Below, piece by piece: positions 27,076 to 43,103 of a stretch of 64,000 bases of DNA. Position 1 is the first letter of the stretch, and each line of letters begins with the position of its first letter. The DNA comes from Auanema rhodensis (Eukaryota > Animalia > Nematoda): NCBI GenBank assembly GCA_964057225.1, contig OZ059897.1:15252001-15316000 (forward strand), in the 5' to 3' direction. The notes beneath the pieces were generated by a model. That model made no database searches and had not been told where the DNA came from. It worked only from the letters and a program-made list of their open reading frames with translations. The translations under genes were made by a program, and so were the position numbers.

Positions 27076-29507
27076 TCAAACAAAAGTTAATTTAACGTTC
27101 TTGAGTTGTTCATGGAAAGAACACCATCCATCTTCTCTATAATAAGAAAAGTAAAACCTTTAGAGTTTGATCGTTTTTTTTTATATTCGGGGATACATAC
27201 TTTCCTTAGGCTTTTTGTTATCAGAGAATATACTGATAATAAATGAAATACATATTGCTCTGTTTTCTAATTGTTCTTCATAAATTGAATATGATATGTA
27301 CGATCCTTATCTCACAAATGAATTCACAAAAAAGTAGTAACCTAATCGGTGGTTTGATTAAATTTTAAACATGCGTGAGTGAAAAAGTAAATGATGAAAA
27401 AGCTAATTCAGAATTTTATCATAAAATTTGCTATCAGCTGAATTAGGAAAAGAACACTAACCTGAAACATGCAAAATCAGGATTTTGGAAACAACCGCGA
27501 CGGCACGAAGATACCCGGCGACTCCATGATGCAGGCAAAATCACCCGAATTTCACATAAACCTGCAAAACAAAATCAAGAAGTAAAAAACATTTGAAGAT
27601 TCGCTGAAAGAAAAATTGGTTGTCTAACTGACAGATGCGCTTTGTAATTATTTCATCTAGTTACATCATCACACTTAGGTATAACAATAAGGGGAGCTAA
27701 ATTAAACTACAGTACTAGTGCAATGACGTTTCTAATTTTTACGACTGATAAGTTTCTGTATTTTGTAATCAATATTTAAAAAAATCAGAAAATATGCAAA
27801 AATGGTGATATTGCATTTTATTAATGGATTATATACAAGATTAATAGGGTACAGGAATTAATCCGTTAACATCAAAATGAAACCTATTCATCCCAACTAT
27901 TCTCATCCCTTTTTGTTTCCCACCCATAATTAAATCAGTTACGCGAATGGCATCAGTAAAATAGTATCAAATCATATTAGCAATCACTAACGGTATTTCA
28001 CAATTATTTGTGGTTTTCCTTATCTACTGATGATTCAAAAAAATTAGAAGAAAGTGAACAGTTTTTGTAACTCAAAGAACGACTAATTGGTTGTTCTGTG
28101 GATTGTCATGAGCAGAACGGATATCAAAACAATAAAACTAAGAACAGCGGTAACAAACCTGGCGCATTAGAGAGATAAGCTAAGAAATCCGATTTATATA
28201 AAACATGTGATTCATGAACTTCTACTATTTCCAAACATTTATATCGGTCATCTTCATGAGCAAAAACAGGTGCAACCAATCCAATATCATAATAAATTTT
28301 TAATTCTTTACAATTCTGTAAAAAAATGTTTGTAATATTTGTTTTGATTGCGTTATCTATATTGTGTACCTTATATTCTGGATACATGTATATTGAGCGT
28401 CTCTTAAAGCTAACCATAATAAGCATATATGGAGAGGGTTTATAATTGTCTAATAACGAAAGTGTATTGATGACTATTCCATGGTCTAGTAATGTTCGAA
28501 CATAACAAATAAAGGCCTAGATAAACAGTTGAATTTTTGCAATATTATGATACAGAAGATTGAATACCTTGTTACGTGATTTAGACAAGTCAGTGGGTCC
28601 GAACCAACCTTGTCCTAATATCGTTTGGTCCCTGAGTGTCAAATTCCAAACAGCTGTAAATCAAAGCTCTTGAATTTTACATTGAAAACCATTTTTTACT
28701 TTCATCATCGGAAGATTCCTGTAAAAACCGAACCAGACTGCGGAATCCACAAAGAGTTAAATGCTCATTGTCGGAAATGATCACATCGAGATTGATGGCT
28801 TTCAACGATTTTCCTCCAAAAAGAGAGCTTAAAGTACATAATAAATCAACAGCGTTAAAGCAAAGAGGCAAACCCAGCAGCTTTCAAGCAATCGAATTTG
28901 TTGGACGATGTCAAGTAGCCGTTTTCATCACCAATCGATATAGTGAGTTCGGTGAGATTACTCAAGCACAGTTTCCCTCCACTCAACTCAAAACAACATA
29001 CAACTGAAAAATAAAACATTGAATCAATTTGTATGAACATTCATAATATACTATGAGAAAGAAGTCCGATAGGAGTACTAAATCTTTCGATGTGGTTTAG
29101 CAGTTTTGTTAAGAGAAGATCAAGAAATCGTTTATGTTCAGAAAATTCGTTGATATCTATAATCAGTTGTACTTCTGTAGGAAATATAGCAACTACCATG
29201 TTCAAATGTGATCCGAAAGAACTCCCTCAGAGCGTTTTCACAAGCGTTCACCGAATTACAACGTTTAACATGGTAATCAAGGATAAATTTGAAACCTCGA
29301 CTCAAATGAAACCATTTAGATGCAACAATCTAAATTGCCAACATAATAAAAATAAGCAACAGAGGTCAAGCAAAAGAAAAGAAAATAACAAATACAAACT
29401 TGGCAGGGAGGAATGAGGCCAATGATATAATCAATGATTTCATTCGGAAGCTGAGGGACACATGTCATATTTTCGGAGAGATCGTCCGAAGTACAATGAG
29501 CTTGCAT
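27076..29507 (-). CDS. F-box protein with divergent LRR-like C-terminal region, about 10 exons
   Basis: PQLPNEIIDYIIGLIP..|..WFHLSRGF F-box; frame stays open across GT-AG introns; terminal exon (REDGW..KLTFV*) is the least certain. Confidence 0.8.
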
Positions 29508-30399
29508 GATTGGAAAGCCGCGACACGGGATGAGGACTGTAAGAACAAACAAAATAGTTTTTAAAAAGTTCATAAGAATTTAACTATTATATACAAAAAT
29601 AAGTCATCTAATATATATACATATATAAAACGACGAGTCAGAGAACAGGTCTACATGCAGACGTCAGGTTCGGGCACAACAAGACATGAATGTCATGTGG
29701 TTTTCACAGGCAGAGAACATTCGTCTTTCTCTTTACCTCCCCTTTCTTCCACAAACACTACTCTATGCCCCCTCGGGTTCAGAACTATTCTTTTATACTG
29801 CAGACATCTAACACTCCGGGCGATAACATGTTGATGTAATCGAAGCAGGGTTATAGATCCCACCTATCTAAGCAGCGTAGAACTCTATCATTCAACAGCC
29901 ATCCTATTGGCGACTGGCGAGGTCAACAATCAACGATTTGTAATTTGGAGAAGAGCCATGAGCGCTTTCTCTAAGCTCAAAGAACAACCATGGAAATCAC
30001 GTATTCCCTTTCGTTCCAACCATCATTACGAAATGTGATAAAGAAACGGCTGTAATCGCGGTCTATATGCATCAGATATTATTTTCAACCAATTAAAAAT
30101 TCATTTCAATCGAACCATTTTTGTAACACCTATCCATTTCGAGAACTTCAGACTACCTTAAGTTAGCCGCAATTGCCCGAGAATGACCCTGATTCAACTA
30201 AAATGATCAGATTCTCAATTCGAGAATCAATCCGTCATAAATTTTCGATTTTTCTATCTATGTATCACTGAGACTTCTGAATCCATATTTCTGTTTCCCT
30301 CTTCTACAAATTTAAAAAATAATACTTTTTCGGTATCTTCGAAAAACAATCAACATTGTCAAACTACATTATTTGAAAACACTGGCTAACAGCCAGATT

Positions 30400-30530
30400 T
30401 TCAAAATTTCGCCACTGCGCGGTATCGCCAGCCTGATACTTTGCCCGAACTGCGTGAGGGTCAATGATATAAAGGGCTGCCTCGCAGTTTTGCCAGCAAG
30501 GCGCGAAATTCGAGCGGTTGAGCGCACACA
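30400..30530. promoter_or_regulatory. Promoter between the divergent F-box and tubulin genes, with CDE-CHR and E2F-like motifs
   Basis: Minus strand TGGCG-AAAT-TTTGAA (30414-30400) and TTTCGCGC (30508-30501) in a GC-rich patch. Confidence 0.5.
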
Positions 30531-30821
30531 AAGTGATGACTCGTCATCGGTCCAACAACGATTCAGTATGCATTGAATTCGTATAGCAATCAGCTCCTTT
30601 CTTCTAATTGAGTTAAATCTTTTGTAATAAAGGAGTTTGTGCATTAATCGAGTTCTTTTTACGTATATTTTTAATGTTTAGACATTTAAAAAAATTTGAT
30701 ATCAAAATTAGTCGATATTGTCGTCGTGGCGCTGATGAGTCATCGGGCGTCCTTTTTCGAAACTTATTTTTATTATTTTGTTTAGTCTTATTTTTCTTAT
30801 CTTTGCAGTTAACACCCGAAA

Positions 30822-33309
<2,488 letters not shown>

Positions 33310-33551
33310 ATAATTTTTATTTTACTTAGAACCGTCTTTGTACGTTAGGGTTGCCATAACAAAAGTATACTTGCTAACATGGGTATTATGAGATTTTATA
33401 CTTTGTTTATATAGATTGTCTGTGATAATAAACTATGTAATTGTTTATTAGTCTTAAGTTTATGCTGTATTGTCTCATACGATCGTAAGTACCTGGTACT
33501 GAACTGTTTAAATTTTCAAAAGGAATTCTCCTACTTTTCAGTTTTTAGATT

Positions 33552-35154
33552 ATGACTCAAGAGTGTGTTATACTAGATAATGGTGGTTATAGTATTAAAG
33601 TTGGAAGTTTGGACGAATCAGTCTCTAAGTAATAGATGCTATATCAGCCATGTGTAATTTTATTTTTTTAGAGTAGTTCCTAATAGTATTATCAAATCTA
33701 AACAGGAAAGGAAACGGGTTTACATTGGTGAAGAGCTCAATGATTGTCAGGATCGAAGTAGTTTGTTCTTTGTTTTGCCTTTTGAAAAAGGATATCTTGG
33801 TACGAATACTGTGATTATTATACGTATAATAACATAGATGTTCAGTTAATTGGGATGTTGAACAGCAAATATGGGAGAAAACATTGGCTCCATACTTGAA
33901 AGATGCATCAGATTATAGATTTGCTATGTCTGATCCTAACTATATGATACCAGCAATAAAAGATCAATCTGATGAAATAATTTTTGAAGTGTTCGGGTTC
34001 AGCTCTGTGTATAAAAATTCAGGTATGTGCGTTTTTGTATTACTTTTTTGAGTTTTGGATCTTTAGCTTCCGGTTTTGTTGCCAATTCTCCTGATAATCT
34101 CAACAAGCGATGTGTACTAGTTGTAGATAGTGGATTTTCGTTCACCACAATAGCTCCATTTGTTGATGGAAGACCAATACAATCAGGTATTATACGGTAC
34201 GTCATTTTGTTCTATTGAATGAAAACATAAAATTTTTTATAGAATTGATATAGGGGGTAAAGCTCTAACTAATCAATTAAAAGAATGGATTTCTTATCGT
34301 GAATTAAACGTTTTGGATGAAACTTATGTGGTAAATGAATGTAAAGAAGATGCTTGCTTCGTGACTAACAATTTTGAAAGAGATATGGCGATTTCTCGGT
34401 ACACTAGTATCGGTTTATTCTATTGTTCATTAAGATTTTTGCATTTAGACAGAGAGGACCATCTAATACAATGAGAAAAGAATATGTTTTACCTGACTTT
34501 GTAACACATCAGAGAGGTTTTCTAAGGGATCCACCAGAGCAAAGGGATAATTTACAAACATTAACAGTAAATCATGAACGGTTCTGTTTACCAGAAGCTT
34601 TATTTAGGTGTGTTTGAGTTTATTACAATTTTTTCTTTGTCTTTTCAACAACAAAGCTTAGTTCTCTGAGCACTTCTAACCGCGTAAGCAATAATTTTTT
34701 TGTTCTACTTTCAAAAAGCATAACAAAACAAAACGATTGCATTATTTATTATTTTATTTTTTAGGCCATCTGACCTAGGAATTCATCAAATGGGTATTGC
34801 GGAAGCTGCTGCTGAATCTTTAAATCGAGTACCAGAAAATCTGAGGGCTGCCTTGGCTCAGAACGTGGCACTTGTAGGTGGATCGACGAAGTTTAAAGGC
34901 TTCAGAGAAAGATTGTATAATACACATCTATTTCAATAGAATATATTCCTTATTTTAGTTTCTCAGAATTTTCAGCATTAGTTGATAGCATGTGGAATGC
35001 TCAATTGAGATGTTCTGGGGATCCTATTACTGAACCTTGGCGATGTGCCCATGCTTCTATTTCCGCAGGATTTTGTGATTCATATTTTCTTGGAAGGGAA
35101 AAATGGGAAGAATATGGAGATTCACTTTACAGAAAATATCTTAAGTTTCACTAA
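33552..35154 (+). CDS. arp-6: Actin-related protein 6 (SWR1/SRCAP complex)
   Basis: [12 protein letters not shown]; [12 protein letters not shown]; VVDSGFSFT; [27 protein letters not shown]; EYVLPDF; [22 protein letters not shown]. Confidence 0.95.
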
Positions 35155-35397
35155 CATGACTTGTTTTAATTCTGATAATTAACATATTTGTAGTTACGTA
35201 TTTTGCGTACAATTGCACATGCTTCTTTCAAAAGACGCGAAACCTTGTAATTTAAATGATCTCGAATTTTTTTAGTAATTAAACAATTAACATTATAAAA
35301 CATAATTATGTATAAGTTCGAGAAACTTTATATATTGTCTTATCGTTTAACTATAATTTTAAAAGTTATCCTGTTTTCAAGGTAGACTAAACTTCTC

Positions 35398-36925
35398 ATG
35401 TCTTCTGGTCCCATCGTTGAAAGAAATCAAGGTAAGGCTGTTAAATAATTAACTTACGGATTCTTTTATTCAGATGCGACTATCTACGTTGGAGGTTTAG
35501 ATGAAAAAGTAAATGAAGGTTCACTATGGGAGTTAATGGTTCAAGCTGGCCCTGTAGCCAGTGTTAATATGCCAAAAGACAGAGTAACTGGAAATCATCA
35601 GGGGTATTGCTCAATTCACATTTCTGTTGAAACAGATAATGTTTTCAGATTTGGTTTTGTGGAATTTCTGTCAGAAGAAGATGCTGATTATGCTATCAAA
35701 ATTTTAAATATGATCAAATTGTATGGAAAGCCCATAAAGGTATAATCTTCATGAATTTAAAATAAAAATATTTTTTAATGTTTAAAGGTTAACAAAGCCA
35801 GTGCACACGAGAAGAATATGGATATAGGTGCAAATGTCTTTGTTGGTAATTTGGATCCTGAAGTAGATGAAAAATTACTTTTCGATACTTTCAGTGCTTT
35901 CGGAGTTATCTTACAGGTATTTCGTTCTAGTTTTGTTAAACTCCATTGCTTTTTTAAAGGTACCCAAAATTATGAGAGATACTGAAACTGGAAGTAGTAA
36001 AGGTTTTGCATTCGTTAATTTCTCATCTTTCGAAGCTTCTGATGCCGCTATGGAAGCTATGAACGGACAATTTTTATGCAATAGGTTTTTTGTTTTGGTT
36101 TTGTTAATAATAAGTGATTTTCAGAGCAATAACTGTTTCTTATGCTTTCAAGAAAGATTCCAAGGGTGAAAGACATGGTACTGCAGCTGAAAGAATGTTG
36201 GCAGCTCAGAACCCTCTTATTCCTAAAGATAGGCCTAATCAAGTAATTTTAACTTGCAAACTCTAAATTTTAATATTTTATTGTAGATGTTCGCTGATAC
36301 TCCAAGACTAGGTTACGGAGTTCTTCCCCAGCAAGCCCTGGCATTGGGTATTGTACCTGGTCTTCAAATGGTCCAGGGAATGGGAATGTCCATGGGACAA
36401 ATGGGCATGACTATGGGATATCCACCAACAGCCGCAGCACAAGCTGGAACTCCTATGCCTCCTCCTCCACCTCCTCCGGTACCAGCTTCTCCAGCAATGA
36501 CGCCTCGTCCTCCTCCACCACCAATGGCTGGTAATTTGAATTTCATACACTTTTTTTTATACATATTATTTAATAGCTGGTGGCCAGCAATGGGGAGGAG
36601 CGATGCCACCTCCACCGCCTCAAACTCCTGGTGCTCCTACACCACCACCTCCACCTCCTCCATCTCGAGGGGGTTACATGCCTCCTCCACCTCCTTCAAT
36701 GCCACCCATGCCGCCTCGGTAATAATCAAAGAGTATTCATTTTCATAATAGTTATTATAATTCAGGTATCCACCGAACATGGTTCCCCCTGCAGGACAAT
36801 ATGGTGGACGTGCTACTCCTGGAGGATTTCCACCTCCACCTCCTCCTTCTCGCCCACCTGTACCTCCACCTCCTCCAGGATCTTTCCAACCAAAACCACC
36901 TGTCCCTCCACCTCCACCAATGTAA
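35398..36925 (+). CDS. sap-49: SF3B4/SAP49 splicing factor (2 RRMs plus Pro-rich tail)
   Basis: [23 protein letters not shown]; [27 protein letters not shown]; second RRM; poly-Pro tail. Confidence 0.97.
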
Positions 36926-37190
36926 TCTCTTATAGCGTGATTAAGATTAACAAGTTGACGTTTGATTTCATTGTTATCCTGTTTGGTCTCTTCGTTGTCG
37001 CGAGTTGTTGTACTGAGTTCTTCATTATTTCCAATTTATTATCGTTATCCAATAAATTATTCAACCTAATGTCAACCTTTTTTATGCATACTCTCCAATT
37101 TTGCTCATGTTTGTCTTATTGTTTGAGTGGTTTAAGGGCTTACGGTCTATCACTCAAGTAATGAACTGATAAGAAAAGGGGCACAATGCT

Positions 37191-40100
37191 ATGCGGGGTT
37201 GGGCTCACGTCGTGTTCCTCCTGCTCCTGGGGCTCTTCCAGCTTTCCACAATTTGTGATGGAGCTTTTCATGGTTCGTTACATACAATATGTTTTTCATG
37301 CAATATCATTTCTGTTGTAAAAAATTTAAGCAAAACGTTTAATTTCCCACTAAAAAACTAATGCTAGTACAATATTTGTTTTTTGAAATTTCTGGTTTCT
37401 TGTTTAAAATAATTTTTACAGATATACCATGGAAGGGACAACCGGACGAAGTCGTCCGGGATGCTGCCCAAGACTTTTTAAAAGAAACTGGATTTACTCC
37501 TAGACGCAGTAAACGAGAAACTAAAAAAGAAAAAAGCTTATTTGACTCAGAAGAGGAATATGACGAAGAAGATATCGAGGTATAGTATATTTTTAAATAG
37601 TACATCTATATTGTTTTACAATACTAAGCTATGATTTTATTAGATTTTAGTAAATTTTCGAAATTTTATAATGACAGCTGTCTTGACTGTCAATCATGAG
37701 CACAGATCGTAAACTCCTTCCCCGCTCTTTCTTTTACTCATGAGGCCCAGATACAAATTAGAATTCTTGAAAAAGTTTCAAGGATTATAATGAAAACCGG
37801 ATGAGAAATGAAATATAACTATATGTTCTACAGATTATGGGATCTATTTTCACCCAAATGATGGCTAATTCTGATGATCAGCTCATATTAGATCTTGATT
37901 TTTTCAAGCATTTTTTCAATTATGCTGAAGCATATCGTCTAGGAATGGAAGAAGGAAACGTGGATTATGTTAAATATGTAGTGAAAATTGTTGAAAAACT
38001 GAAGGAATTCGATGTATCTGCAGGTGCGATTTATAGTTTTATTATCAATCAAATTATTCTAATCTTCGAATTAACATTCAATAATAGTCTCTCCCTCTTC
38101 TTTCATATCCTAATCGATTTGTAATGATTTTGTCTTATTGCGATACGCTATCTCGGGTCTATGAAGATTCAAGATTCATGATTCACTACTTTTGCTAAGA
38201 AACAATGAGTTTCATCATAATAGATTTAACTAATATAAATCTATTGTTATCAAGTTAAATGCTAGACTATTGTGATTATAAAAATTATATTTTATATTTC
38301 AAAATACTAGGTATCAATAAGGACTTTAATAACTCTAGCTTATATCACCTCCTTTTTTTCTTTTTTTTTACTAAGAAATATTGACAGGGACATAAATCAT
38401 TAATTTTTTCCTTGATGTGATTCTTATCGGAATGAACTCCAGACAAGATGTATGATTACGCAATGCATTGCATTACGCTGAACACTTCTTGAAACCACAT
38501 GCACTAGTTATCACCAATCATCCATTTTTCATTAGCTTTGTCATAAATGGTTTAGTATCGTAACTAAATAAGAAAGAAGTTTATTTCTATTTTTAAGAAA
38601 TCTGATGAACAACTTGAAGGATAATGGAAAGTTTTATGAGTTGTAACCATCGAAAATTATAAATTTTATGTTAAAAACATGGGGGGTTATGAAATTATTC
38701 TAAAACCTTATCACATTCTATTGTACATCTAATTGCATTATCAGCCATTGTCACAAAAACTATCAAAAGGATAGAAGTATATATATTTCTTTGGAATAGT
38801 TTACTCTTCATATTTAGGGAAGACATAGTATAAAATATAATATAAGGGAATATTATCTTGAATAGCATCCATATTAAACAATTTTTAATGTATTAAAATG
38901 TGTTGATATTTCACACTTTGTTTTATAGCATGTGTCTCTGATATGTTTCATCTCACATGGACAGCATTGGAATATGCGACTATGGTGGAGGAAACAAAAA
39001 ACTGTACTGATTGCAAATGTACTCCGTTATATCAGCAAAAGAGAAATGAAAAAACATGGATCTTTGATGGTAATCATTGAAAGTTTCAATTCGTTTTAAT
39101 GATTATTCAATGCCTTTTAGTTCTTGATGCTCAAGGAAAAATACCTTCTGGTATCTTAGGTGGTAATAATCTATGGATTGGTTCGTGGAATACATGCAGA
39201 AAAGTTCATGTTGTCAAGAATAAACAAGGGTAATTGATATTTATATTTCTTTCTGATTTAATTATCGTTGAGTGGTGACTAATCTTTTCACTGATATGTT
39301 GAAGAGTTTTATTATTTTTTGTTGTACTTATATGACGAAAATATTTTATTGGAAATTAAGTACATATTGAAAACAAATGATAAATTGTGAATCTTTAGGC
39401 AATTATGGAATGGCCAGTACTGTATGGCTCATATATCAGCATATGAACGGGATAATCCGTTGAAAACATTGGCATCTGTTGATCCTATTGATGCCCATTG
39501 CTAGTAAACCGTTTTTGCAATCATTAAAATTCGAATGATGTTACTTTTAGCACAAATAAGAGCAACAAGCCTGATAGCAATGATGATGGGAAATGTTTTC
39601 AATTATTCCCTCTTCTCAATTTCGGTGTTTGTGTACCAGATACATGCACTGATTATGATGTGACTAGAATGATAACTTTTGCTGTGAGGCTCGCAGAAAA
39701 TGCTCTAGGACATGATGCAGTTTGTGAAGTAAATGTAGAATGTCGTGATGAATCTGAAGAAAAGGCCATGAGTAAGAATAAATTAGCAATGGCAGCATTG
39801 TAAGTTTTGTATTATTTAATAATATATTTTTCTGATTCTTTTAGGTATTTTCTTATATTTACAATTGTAATGATGGTGTTTGGAACATGCTACGATCTAT
39901 TTGTTTTTCAAAATATTTTAAAAACGCCTGTGAGAGAAACGATAACCGAAGATATGTCTGACTGTGAGAAAAAAGAAATCGAAAGAGTTTTCCAAGCAAA
40001 AAAAGTATCGAATAAAAGAAAGCTGAGCAAAATAAAAAGAGAATCGCGTAAGCTAAAATATACTTTACCAATCTCAGTTTGAATATTTAGATTTATTTGT

Positions 40101-42177
40101 TCGTGCAATTTTAGCTTACAGTGTCTATGAAAATGGACAAGAAATTCTGGATACTACTCCAAAGACAGTTGAAATTATCTTGTCAATATAGAAATCAATG
40201 ATGATATTATAGGGTGAAATTAATTGTCTTCATGGTTTACGTGTTCTCAGTATGTGCTGGATTATTCTTGGCCATACCTACTATTATATAGGAAAAAGTC
40301 TTACAACTGGTATCATTTTTAATTCATAGTATTAGTCTTCGAACATTTACAGATAACTTAATTCCAACTCTTATTAATTTTCCTAAAATGTTTTACACAC
40401 AAATTATTGTACAAGCTCCATTAGCTGTTGACTCATTCTTTTTCCTCAGGTATCAATTTATACAAATTAAACTAAATAATAATAATATAAATTGACAGTG
40501 GTCTGCTATCCAGCTATCTGTTCTTCAAGAGAATATTCGTCCGTTATTCTCTCAAATCTGCCTTATATATTCCAGCTTGGTTAGCATATTTCATTAAGCG
40601 TTATACTAGGTTACTATTCTCTATATATTATAGTTATTATAATTATTATTAAGAATAACACCAGTTTATGCTGTAATTATGTTATTTGATGTCACTTTAT
40701 TCACCTATCTATCATCAGGACCATTCTGGAGACCTATTGAGCCTTTAGTAAATTCCCTTCACTTTTTAAAAATTTCATTGGGTTGCTTGCAGGGTTGCTC
40801 CGTAAGTGGATGGACGAATTTTGTTTATCTCAATAATTTCCTTTTACAAGATAAAGAATGTGTAAGTTTTGCAATTTATTCCTTGTCACAAAGGGAGTTT
40901 ATGTAGTGTATGGGATGGACTTGGTATTTGGCCAACGATATGCAATTCCAAATTTTCTTACTTCCAACCTTGGTTATTGCTTTTTCTTAGTTAGTTCCAC
41001 TTCAATTGCTCTTATTATCATTTTATATTAAGCTACTTCAAATCTCCTGAATGGGAAGAAGAGCAAAATCTAATATCCTCAGATGGCACAGAAAGTGTGC
41101 GGAAAATTCGCCCACCACCTACAACACCCAAAGATAATGCTAGGTACCCAATAATCGAGTTTCATTCATTTTACTTTTTATTCAGAAGTGAACGGTTGGG
41201 TCTCATTGTTACAGGTGTTGTGCTCGCTATATGTACGATTATCAAGCTATACATTGTAATATCCAACGACTATCCTCCTGCTCCCATTTTGACAGCTAAA
41301 CTCCAAATGTTTGTTGTACTTTAGTTTCTATTTTTAAAGTAAAAAACAATTTAGTGTAAAGGCTCTTGACTCATATTGGAATGACGTTTACATTAGACCT
41401 TATATTCGTTGTGCCCCATTCATAATTGGAATTTTATTAGGATATGTCTTGAATATATACACTAATTCGGAGAATGATTTGAAATTGGAGCTGCCACGTG
41501 TAAATATATCTCGATTTTTTACCGATCATGGCGTTGCTCTCGTTTAGAACTATGTTTTAATTGGATGGACACTTTCTACAATCCTGGGTCTTTATTCCGT
41601 ATTTGGACTTTTCAATTATGCAAAAACAGGAGATATCTCTGAAGTATGGAGGTGGATGTACACTATTCTGGGGAGATTAACCTTTGCCATTTCTTTGTGT
41701 TGGGTAACATTTGCATGTGTTACTGGTAATGGAGGTAATAAGCAAATACATCAGTATATTAATCTTAATACTGAATTCAGGTCCGGTGAACACCTTCCTT
41801 TCATGGAAATTGTTTGTACCGTTATCGAGAATTACATTTGGAGCCTATTTAATTCACCCCATTATGCTTCAAGTATACAATTTTGCTAGGTTACAACCTT
41901 TCCATTTCTCCTCGTTCTTCCAAATGGTTAGAATTTATTGAATATCAAGTATACCCATAGTTTTCAGTTACGGCATACTTTCGAAGCAGTGTTTGTCTCT
42001 TATTTCATGGCGTTCCTTATCGTTTTGGCATTCGAGAAACCGTTTGCAGTTTTTGATGATATATTCATACCATTAAGAGAGAAAAAGGAAGAATCGGAAG
42101 TTGATGATGAAACGCAGAATATTCCTCCAAATACGTCTATAGAATTACAACAGATGAGAACTCGCAACTTAGACTAA
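37191..42177 (+). CDS. nrf-6: NRF-6: signal peptide, NRF domain and acyltransferase-3 multi-TM domain
   Basis: LDAQGKIPSGILGGNNLWIGSWNTC; INCLHGLRVLSMCWIILGHTY; AVDSFFFLSG; CMGWTWYLANDMQF; YIRPYIRC; PLSRITFGAYLIH; FEKPF. Confidence 0.9.
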
Positions 42178-42534
42178 TACATTACATGTATTTAAACTAT
42201 GAACCATAATAATAGTTAATAGCTATAAAACCTGAAAGGTTTAATAAAGCATTCTTATTTTCGAATAGTTATTAATATTATCTAAAAGATGAATAAATCA
42301 AAAAAGTCAACATGGAAAGGAATATGACAACGTTCATAGTTTAAACCCCACAGCCTCTTATCTATAAAACGAGGAATACCGTGGTGCGTCATGAGCGAAT
42401 AAAAATAACAACGAGTGCATGCCGATTTGCTCATGAATCAAGTTTTGGAATAAGCTCACAACTTCCTTAATAGTGATTAAAATCTTAATATGTAAGATAC
42501 TCAAGAGTGTGTCTGATCCATTCGAACCATTTGA

Positions 42535-42600
42535 TAGACGCAACGCCAGCCGCTCGCGAGACCATGCGACGCGTACGCTGTTCAAAACACTTCTCCGCAT
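42535..42600 (+). promoter_or_regulatory. CpG-rich patch, probable promoter for swsn-7, followed by a T-rich outron
   Basis: CGCCAGCCGCTCGCGAGACCATGCGACGCGTACGC about 500 nt upstream of the ATG. Confidence 0.45.
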
Positions 42601-43103
42601 ATAATTCAAAGTTTCTTTTGAAAATTATGAATTTCTTCGGCCCATTTTTAAATTATATCTATTGAATAAATGCATTTCTAAATTTCTTTCTTGTGACTTT
42701 AAAGCTTGTTTTTGAGCTTGTTTACGCTTGCTTGATTTGCCTTCGCGCTTGTTTCACTTTTTGAAATCCTTCAGCAGCGTCTGTATTAAAGATATGAAAC
42801 GGGATAAATTCTTTACAACCTCGTTTGGCATAATTTATAAGTCAAATTTTTTTTAAAATTAGTTTTAATGTTTAAATTTTTTTTTAATCTGCTCTTCTTT
42901 TTTTAAACTTTTATTATCATCTAGAACTTTACCTTATCTGTGCTCCTTTTTACCATCTGAGAGTTGTTTGTAAATTACTTCGTTGTTGCTGTATTTCTAT
43001 ACAGAAATATGAACTTTATAATATATATAATTTATCTTTGTTATATCTTTATTCCAATTTTTTCCATTATTTAGTAGGGTCATTACACCTCTCTTAACTT
43101 AAG

